Positions 55,761 through 64,000 of a stretch of DNA of 64,000 nucleotides are shown piece after piece; the stretch's first letter is position 1, and each line of letters opens with the position of its first letter. The stretch spans positions 186,001 to 250,000 of the forward strand of contig CBFFSA010000004.1 in assembly GCA_965644495.1 (NCBI GenBank), read 5' to 3'. The stretch comes from Perkinsela sp. CCAP 1560/9 (lineage: Eukaryota; Protista; Euglenozoa: Kinetoplastea). Both the position numbers and the translations under genes were made by a program. The notes beneath the pieces are model-generated. The model was not told where the DNA came from. It saw nothing but the letters and a program-made list of their open reading frames with translations, and ran no database searches.

Positions 55761-56006
55761 TACACCCCCGTTCCCCTGTTTTGCCCGGTATTATGTGAAA
55801 AAAAAAGTTTCTGCTTGGGTCTAAAGTGTTTTTTGCGCATAATTAGGTGATGTCCTACCAGGGAAAAATATGCCTATAGTCCAACAGCATGTGATAAACG
55901 TGGGATGAAGACATATTATTAATAAAACGGAGTCTTAAAAACGCAGTATTCTTCATAGAATAAATAATCAGGACATTTCAAAAGAGAAATGGAAGATAGT
56001 AATATA

Positions 56007-57080
56007 CAGGGTTCGCAGAAACTATAATATAGTAAAATATAGTTTTTTTCATTGAATATAGTTACTATATAGTACTATATTTACTATATTTTACTATAAA
56101 ACTATAAGAAAACTATAAAGTTTTTTTCACTTTACAAGTGATATTTTTTGAGTCCTCTCCGCTTGTGAAGGACATACACAAGCCTCTACATGCGTTCTTA
56201 CACGCTTACATACGTATGATATGACAAGAAATTCTGAAAAAAATGTAACCCAAGCTAAAGTGGACGAGGGAGATACTAAAAGCACCTTTAAACCACCATA
56301 AAAATGGAAGGGTGTGTCCCTTAAAGATTCTTTTGGCACGTCGGGATCCTTTACAAACCGGGAGATATCATTCCATTTTTGTGGTGGTTTAAAGGTGCTT
56401 TTAGAACCTCCCTCGTCCACTTTATCCTGGGTTACATAGCTATCGAAACATCCTCCCTCTTCCCCGCGATTCCATCACCGCCGAAAAATATCATCAACTA
56501 GCGTGTCATCTCCTCGGAAATAGCAATGAAACGCATGCGAAAGGAGTGACGATAGGAAGTACAAACTCTCCACTCGACAACACACCGCGTAGTTTATTCA
56601 GACTCATATGATTGTATTTATTCAAACTCATAGAATTGTGAGCAGCAATTATTCAGTCCCAAGACATAACGTCGGTGGCTCCAGCCAACGCGCGGCGACA
56701 ACGATGCAGTGAGAAGATGTTCGGGACGCAAGATTCGCACAAGGCAATCTGTCAAGGCCACGCGATGGGACTGGGGTACGTCCCCTCCTGACACAAGTTA
56801 CATTCAACCGCTTGTTTACTTCCCTCCGTGTGCAGCAGTTCAATAAAATAATCTTTGCAGAAACTACCCCTCGTAACTTTAATTTCGGGCATCAATTTTC
56901 GGGTTTAAAAATAAGAAAAATCATACACAAATGAATTCGCCGTGTATTTATGGCGTATTGGTGAGCTTCGGAGTGCTTAAAATGTGAAACAAAAAAATAT
57001 AGTTTTTTATAGTTTTCGAAAAAAGTTTATAGTAACTATATAGTACTATATTGATAGTTTTATAGTTTCTGCGAACTCTG
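56007..57080. mobile_element. hAT-type non-autonomous element
   Basis: TIRs CAGGGTTCGCAGAAACTATAA / TTATAGTTTCTGCGAACTCTG with an 8-bp TSD GTAATATA. Confidence 0.88.
56248..56432. mobile_element. 185-bp hairpin MITE
   Basis: ~60-bp TIRs, TA TSD within the palindromic site ATGTACAT. Confidence 0.8.
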
Positions 57081-57833
57081 GTAATATACATAAAATGTAA
57101 ATTCTGAGAAAATAACCTAAAAAAACGAAAAAACAACAACAATTCGTTACTGAAAAACGTGGAAAAAACGAACTTTTTTTGCTTAGCCACCACAGCTGAA
57201 ACAAAGGGTGAAAAACGCATTTTTTACACGCTCTGGCGAATCACTTACGTACTTTGCTTAAAAGAATTATTCGAAAAGCTCATTTAGTGCGTTTAATCAA
57301 TTGCGGGCAAAAAAGTGGAACAGGGGTGTACACCCCCGCTAATATATTTCTATAAATGGGTTATTTTTCGACTTTTATAAAAATATATAATTTATAAAAA
57401 AAATGCTTCCTTGTATAATTTATAAAACTTTTTTTGAAACTTGAAAAACGGAATAATAGTGTGTTTCCGGAATAAGTGTTTCCGGAATAATAGTAAAAAA
57501 CGGAATAATAGGTGTGCGGGGGGTTTAACTGCCTATTGTTCTAGAAATGTGTCGAAATGTGTTTTAGAAATGTTGAAACTATACATGATCCTATATTTTC
57601 TTCAAAACTGAATAAAAAAAGATTACCGGTTTTTGCATTTTTGCCGGGATGCTGACTAATTTTGTGTTCCCCTATATGTACAAGTGCAATTTCAAGTTAA
57701 TAAAACTTCAAAAAAAGTGAAGCTGAAGTTTGTTGCAGGTAGTGTTGTTTAGAGGCCACAAGGAATTCAATAGAATAAAAATATATGCTCTCTTTACAAA
57801 AATTGTAAGCAATATTTATAATTTTAAAAGATT

Positions 57834-58847
57834 TTACTCATTCTGATTTGTGACACTGATCTTCGTGTTTTCGATACTGAGTGTAAGAGACGCGGGGAGA
57901 CGATTAAAATCAATCTCACCGTAAAGTTCAGCATTCTTATTGAGAATCAGTAGTCTTATTCCTGGAGGAAGGTTGCAAAGCTCCACTAAGCCTTTAAAGC
58001 AATTGTCTTCGCAACTGAAGTATGCCAAGGAAGGAGGCAAATGTTGGAGGTCAAGGGTCCCACTGAATCTGTTTCGAGATAAATCAAGAAATCGAATAGT
58101 TTGAGGGAGACAATGGAGTTCAACATCACCATAAAGCTTTTCAACGCTATTCATAGAGTAGATTGACAACGACGTCAAGCGCAAAGGCAAATGGCACAAA
58201 TCTACCCCCCCTTCAAACATATTCTGGTCCAAATAAATCTCACCTAATCGATGCGGTAACTGACTAAATTCAAGCTGACCTCTGAATAAATTACTCTTTA
58301 GATTAAGATACGAAAGCTCACTAGGGAAAACATTGAACGGAAGAATCCCAGATAACTGATTGGCGTACAGCAAAATTTTTATCACTGTATGAGGCAACCG
58401 TTCCCAGCGTAATAAACCCTCATAGCCTAGTCGACTCCAGTCAATACCTGTCACATAGCCATCAAGATTGCAATTCATGCCATTCCACTGACACGCCGGT
58501 ATGGAAGTGTTCCAGGAGAGGTGCGGATTTTCAATGTTTTCAACAAATCCCGCAAGTTCATATTCCTGTGGTATTTTTGCTCCTCGTACCTTCGCCGTAC
58601 GACGGGCTTCAGGGTTTGCCTTATCACTTAATGTGGTGTCTCCTTCGTTTCGTTCCTTTGTCACGGGCGGTTGTGTATCTGCTAGATGAGCGTGATATAT
58701 TAGTGTCGTGAAGCACATATACATGTAGTAAGATTTCGTATTGGATATACAAATGTCATTAGAGATTTTTAAACGGCTTTGTATAATCGCCGTCGAAAGC
58801 AGCGAAAAATAAAAAGACATTTTTTTGACGACATTTTTATTTTTCAA
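57834..58847 (-). CDS. Plant-type LRR protein
   Basis: LADTQPP..TAKVRGAKIPQEYELA, PACQWNGMNC cap and LRRs. The true start may be downstream. Confidence 0.9.
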   Translation of the reverse strand: MKNKNVVKKMSFYFSLLSTAIIQSRLKISNDICISNTKSYYMYMCFTTLIYHAHLADTQPPVTKERNEGDTTLSDKANPEARRTAKVRGAKIPQEYELAGFVENIENPHLSWNTSIPACQWNGMNCNLDGYVTGIDWSRLGYEGLLRWERLPHTVIKILLYANQLSGILPFNVFPSELSYLNLKSNLFRGQLEFSQLPHRLGEIYLDQNMFEGGVDLCHLPLRLTSLSIYSMNSVEKLYGDVELHCLPQTIRFLDLSRNRFSGTLDLQHLPPSLAYFSCEDNCFKGLVELCNLPPGIRLLILNKNAELYGEIDFNRLPASLTLSIENTKISVTNQNE

Positions 58848-59988
58848 AACAATTCAAAAAAGAATTTGACACATCAAAGGTCGTGGAAAACGGCCGATAG
58901 TATTATGGATTACACTCATGGTCCCCAACCACGACCCGTCCTCTCGGACCACAGGTCAGGGTGTTTGACGGCACCGGAGTTGGATCACTCCCCTCCCACC
59001 CACTCCCCTCCCCGCCGAACATACCCCGTTCTTCCTATGTTACTCCTTGGGTATGGCCCACGAGTTCGCGGGCGCATGAACCCCTTATAATCTGGAAGAA
59101 GGAACCCTCTGCTGGTGTTTCCTCCCCATAGAGAGATTGATCGACGTTTCTGGCTGGTCCATGGCCCTGTTTAGGAGCAACCTACATACATGTAGGTTGC
59201 TACATGTACATGCAGGTTACCTATGTAGAGGACGCATAGATTCAACCACCGGTCCGTAAGCCCTTGTCGCCTTTGACACCGTACCGTATACTGTGAGATC
59301 CGCAGACAAGTGTTTTCAACCCAAGTACGCAGATCATATCCAGAAAGCCGCAGTAGAGTGCACATTCTCAAGATATGTGTGTTTCTTCCCTGAAAACTTT
59401 TAGACCGGTTCCACCGCTGACATCCTTGAGCACATGAATATCACGGACCCACACTGTACTTGAAATTCATAAAATTAGGCGCCTCGATACCATGCTTACT
59501 TAGAAGAAGATCATGCTTAGCCGAAGATGTTGTGGGATTACTGAGGAAGGTCTAAAAGAGAATCGCTTTTTAGGGTACATTTTTACCATAGCACCCCCCC
59601 AAAAAAAACAAGTAATAAGGGGAAAAATATAAAAAGGGGGAAAAAATCCAAAAAAGGGGGGGGGTCCATGAGGGGAGTCCATGGGGGTGTATCTACTTAG
59701 GGGGGGCCAAGGTCGAGTAAATGTTTTTGGAAAAAAATAATTTTCGAAACAAACCCGCAGAAGGGGTAACCGGGGTCTTGGCGTGCATTTTCCATCCCCC
59801 TACCCGGAGGTGACCCCCCCCGCGTATCCGCAGTACAGGTCCGCCAAGTTCGCATTTCTTAGAGAAAAAGAATTTCGCCTTCGTTGAAAAATTGACGAAA
59901 ATTCATTTTTTCAAAATTGTTGTTTCCCATAATGTATTTTGAGAGTTTGGGACCTATACTAGCTTTCTACGCCGCTGTTTTCACAAGA

Positions 59989-62116
59989 CATACCCCTTCC
60001 GGGTCGATGGGTAATTACCCATTAGCGGGTCTGTGCGGGTAAATTACCCAGGTCTGTGACCCAGTTACCCGCATAGACCCACACAGACCCGCATCGGCGC
60101 ACTAGCCATTAAATACAAAATGATTTCCTCTCAAGTGTGCTGATTCGTAGGATTGGCACGGAATGCTCTATGTACAGAAAAGGTATCTTTAGCGATGAGG
60201 AATTCCTTTCATAAGAAGAATTCCCTCTACTGATTTGCTTCTGTCGCCCATCTATTTTTTTTTTTACCTTTTTTTTGGTGTGAACCCCCTAGGCCCACCG
60301 TAAGCCTACCCCCTAACACCGCGATGGTACCAATTCTATTTTTTTTTTTTTGGCCAGTCGAGCTTACCCTCGAGTCCTAGCAAACTAAGGTGAAACTATA
60401 AAGAATCACCACATAGAAAACATTTATACGGCAGTGTATGATACTGTGATACTATGCATGGCATTAATATCATATTAATAACAATAAAATACTATGCATT
60501 AATCATTACTGCATAATAGATTCATCTTCTTCGACATCAGATACTTCAACATCGCTACCATCCTGAGAAACACCTTCGTCCGGAAGAATATAACCCAATT
60601 TGTCGCAATTTCCACGCACGAAGATCTGGTGAGAAACGACATCAGGAGCCAAGGAAGCCTGTGTGGAACTGTACATGTACCCGATTATAGACAGCCACGA
60701 ATCTCATCTGTTAACTAAGGGAGGCGTCCATACGTAGTGCGTAGCCGCTTCGCAAACAGAGGGAAACATCTCACTTAAAAGCTTGACTCAAAGCTTTTTT
60801 AAAGGCGAAGCACGGCAGCTCTTCGTATGGTTTCAAGGCTGTTTGGCAAACATTGTTTAGCATATGTTCGATGCAAGATAGGAGAGTAATGCGCGGCACT
60901 CGAGAAGAAATACCGCGCAACAGCGCAGTCGTATCAGACTCACCAATGAGTGTAATCGGATCGTATATTCGCTTGAGATCGCCTTCACAGTGGTTTCTGG
61001 CCACGTGATTTACAGCACCGCCGTCCGCAATAATGTATCTCATTTTGAGCAAACGAATTTCACCAAGGTTCGCCAGAAGAGTAGAAATCAACTGCTCAGC
61101 TGCCGTCTTTCAGTCAAAGGCACGATGCCTTGGAGAATATATCGGTGGTAAGACACACTCTTCTGGCCCAACGTACAGCACAGACAACAAGACATGTTCA
61201 GCCTTTACCTTGTCAATGCCCGCGTCTACGGCAATTCCATAGAGCTTACGCGAGTCTACGTCGGCAGAAAGTTTTCCCCATATGTCATGCGACAGCACTT
61301 CACAATAGTGGTGCCACTTCTTTAAATTTGTTCCCGGAAGGGCTCTTTTTATCATTGTTCCAGGTACATCAGGGCGTAAATCCTCGTACTTATGCACGAG
61401 CCAGACAAACCGATTAGAAGAAAGATTCGTTAGGGTCTGTAAGCATGGCAGTAGTTTTCCTACGAAGCGCTGTACAATTACTCCCTGATTATTTGCACTC
61501 TCCACCTGTGCCAATCGGGAATTTTCAAGAGATTTTGAGCACTCGCGGCGATGCTTGTGATACACATTTTTATAGGGAGAGTGAGATTCAAATGCGCATT
61601 CTTCCTTGGTACATATGAAATGAAGCTTTTGGCCCAAAGGATCGGTGAGAATATCTGTGTGTGTGTGGGTGCATCCGGGAGGACAGCGCACGAGCACGAA
61701 TTGCCCAGATAAGGATTCTACTGTCATTTTGTGCCGTATAGTATCGCGATGCTTCATTTTTTTTGACTCAGGGGTATTACCATCTTCAGTATCAGATGAC
61801 GAAAATAATTCAGGCGTGCTAGGTGTCTGCTCTAATCGTCGTTGACGAGCCATGAGTACAGATAAGTTTAGGTAAGAAGAGATTAGTTAGTGCGATCAAA
61901 CACAAGAGTAATATGATTATTGACTTCTTACTTAGCCATAAAACACTTCACCATAAGGTCCGAAACAAAGATGCATGTTTATTTCCCGATGACAAGATTC
62001 AACAAACAGGTGTATACATGTATATGTAGCTTTCTAAGACAACCTGTCAATGCGGGTCGGTGCGGGTAACTGGCTCGCAGACCCGGGTAATTACCCATTT
62101 ACCCGACAGGGGTATG
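59989..62116 (-). mobile_element. Internally deleted hAT-like element with 6-bp TSD
   Basis: TIRs CATACCCCT..CGGGT..ATGGGTAATTACCC, TSD ACAAGA (59983-59988, 62117-62122). Motifs IAVDAG, PPIYSP, IADGG, SCIEH, FPSVCEAATHYVWTPPLV. Confidence 0.88.
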
Positions 62117-62468
62117 ACAAGATACCCGTGCTTGGACAGTGGAATCTCCTCCTAAAATGGCCTATTTTTTTAGTAAAAAAGCGAAAAAGTAGTTTTCGAG
62201 CTGTACGGCTGAAGTCGCATTCTCTCTGGTGCGGAGTTATGTGGCCCTGATCATAACACATAAATGGGTGCCCCCATAGTTATATGTCACGACTATTCGA
62301 GAAAAGATGACTTTGCTAAATATAAAAGGTGACATTGCTAACTAAAATACAGTAGTTACACAGATTGCTGCGCATCTTGTTACACAGACTGTATCAAGAA
62401 AGTGCATCGTCGAAGTCGTGTAGTCAGCGCGTGGTGCTTTCTGATAACTAGTAGTTGTACAGACATTG

Positions 62469-63188
62469 TCAAGAAGACGGTTCTACAGCTCTGTCGAAGT
62501 GTTCTTTGCCGAGGAATGAAATTCTACAAGGAAGAAGTACGACTTTTTTTTCCGGTTTAGGTATGATACAGGTGTCCACGAGTGAAAAGGACCTCGGATT
62601 CGGAACGAATGGGTCGAAAAACAGTCGCATACAAAATATTTCCAAAATCGAACAAAATACAAGACCTGTAGGGGGGGGGTAAAAGAGGCTGAACACTACT
62701 GTATATGAAATATTCAATGACAAACACTCAGTCGTAACATTTCCCTCCAATTGCTCATTGTTGTGCAGCGTTAAGTCGGTCAATTTAACTGGAATTCGAT
62801 CAAAATACACGTGACCACTGAATTCATTATTATCAAGCCTGAGCTCTTGCAGAGCGGAGGGTAAATGCCTTAGATCGGGTGTTCCCGTGAACGCATTATA
62901 AGCAAGATTTACCGAATACAGAGTGGATGGTAAGTTTGAGAGGTTTGCTGCGCCACTAAACTGGTTGTGACACAGACTTATTTGTTCCATTGTCAATGGA
63001 AGCTTATGTAGATCAACACTAGCCTCAAAACAATTGTTTTCCAACCACAGTTCTGTCAAGCCCTCTGGAAGATGTTGTAAATTAACGGGACCAGATAGTC
63101 TATTGTACGCCACCGCAACAATGGAGGAAGATACTGGCAAGCAGGCCAAATCTATACTTCCTTGGAAGTGATTTTCGCTGAAATACAT
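62469..63188 (-). CDS. 5'-truncated tandem LRR duplicate with a transposon-derived C-terminus
   Basis: Paralog of 63361-63954 that reads through a TIR fragment at 62540-62701. Confidence 0.6.
   Translation of the reverse strand: MYFSENHFQGSIDLACLPVSSSIVAVAYNRLSGPVNLQHLPEGLTELWLENNCFEASVDLHKLPLTMEQISLCHNQFSGAANLSNLPSTLYSVNLAYNAFTGTPDLRHLPSALQELRLDNNEFSGHVYFDRIPVKLTDLTLHNNEQLEGNVTTECLSLNISYTVVFSLFYPPPTGLVFCSILEIFCMRLFFDPFVPNPRSFSLVDTCIIPKPEKKVVLLPCRISFLGKEHFDRAVEPSS
62540..62701. mobile_element. Solo end of the DD29E element
   Basis: Matches ~54724-54896 and ends CTACTG|TA. Confidence 0.88.
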
Positions 63189-63360
63189 TTCATACAGGGA
63201 ATGAGGTAATTTTTCTTCACTTCACTGTATCACGAAAGTGCATCATCGAAGTCTGTGTAGTCAGCGCGTGGTGCTTTCTGATAACTAAGAGTTGTACAGA
63301 CACTGTCAAGAAGACGGTTCTACAGCTCTGTCGAGGTGTTCTTTGCCGAGGAATGAAATT

Positions 63361-64000
63361 CTACAAGGAAGAAGTACAAATTTTTGTGTTCCTTTTATAT
63401 GAAATATTCAATGACAAACACTCAGGCGTAACGTTTCCCTCCAATTGTTTATTGTCGTGCAGCGTTAAGTCGGCCAATTCCTCTGGAATTCGATCTAAAT
63501 ACACGTGACCACTGAATTCATTATTATCAAGCCTGAGTTCTTGCAGAGCGGAGGGTAAATGCCTTAGATCGGGTGTTCCCGTGAACGCATTATAAGCAAG
63601 ATTTACCGAATACAGAGTGGATGGCAAGTTTGAGAGGTTTGCTGCGCCACTAAACTGGTTGTGACACAGACTTATTTGTTCCAATTTCAATGGGAGCTTA
63701 TCTAGATCAACACTACCCTCAAAATTATTGTTTCCCAACCACAGTTCTGTCAAGCCCTCTGGAAGATGTTGTAAATTAACGGGACCAGAAAGTTCATTCT
63801 GTTCCGCAACAAAAATTATAGAACATGCTGGAAAGCAGGTCAAATCTATACTTCCTTTAAAGTTATTCCAGCTGAAATACATTTCTTCCATGGATTGGGG
63901 TAGGCTCTGTAAATTCAGAGCTCCGAAAAAATTGTTTCTTTGAATATCAAGCATTTGAAGTTGAGGAGGAAGGCCTTCAAAACTGACCTGCCCATCGAAT
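63361..64000 (-). CDS. Plant-type LRR protein (5' end beyond the window)
   Basis: 24-aa LRRs; the frame stays open to the window edge. Confidence 0.88.
   Translation of the reverse strand, partial: FDGQVSFEGLPPQLQMLDIQRNNFFGALNLQSLPQSMEEMYFSWNNFKGSIDLTCFPACSIIFVAEQNELSGPVNLQHLPEGLTELWLGNNNFEGSVDLDKLPLKLEQISLCHNQFSGAANLSNLPSTLYSVNLAYNAFTGTPDLRHLPSALQELRLDNNEFSGHVYLDRIPEELADLTLHDNKQLEGNVTPECLSLNISYKRNTKICTSSL

Larger units (their letters stand above)
55763..57328. mobile_element. TA-flanked element, outer layer of a triple nest
   Basis: Ends CACCCCCGTTCC / GGAACAGGGGTG with TA flanks. Confidence 0.65.

Noticed and set aside
1-64000. tRNA, rRNA or a true SL RNA gene
   Set aside because: None recognised. 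The SL-like 33-mer lacks the GT donor and intron portion.

Overview
This is eukaryotic DNA with intronless genes, most consistent with a kinetoplastid and probably a Perkinsela-like organism (inference). All recognisable host genes lie on the minus strand, as in a polycistronic unit. They are TRM61, two kinetoplast-associated-protein (KAP)-like HMG genes, mitochondrial bL21, a canonical poly(A) polymerase, a RAD23-like gene, and nine plant-type LRR genes or pseudogenes, seven of which retain a shared N-terminal (G/A/S)KVRG-like motif. Most intergenic space is nested transposons: Tc1/mariner, Merlin, PIF/Harbinger, hAT-type elements and many MITEs. The main feature is a reconstructable nest at 22.7-33.1 kb. 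A Harbinger remnant was split by a hAT-like element with a 6-bp TSD and a DDD-type active site. That element in turn holds two insertions. The first is an intact bacterial-type IS30 element. The second is a CRE/SLACS-clade retrotransposon that starts with a spliced-leader-like 33-mer and encodes three tandem 2A/StopGo-like motifs interleaved with AT-hooks upstream of its RT-endonuclease. A Tc1/IS630-type family with unusual DD29E spacing is also present. All calls come from manual motif reading; no database searches were run.
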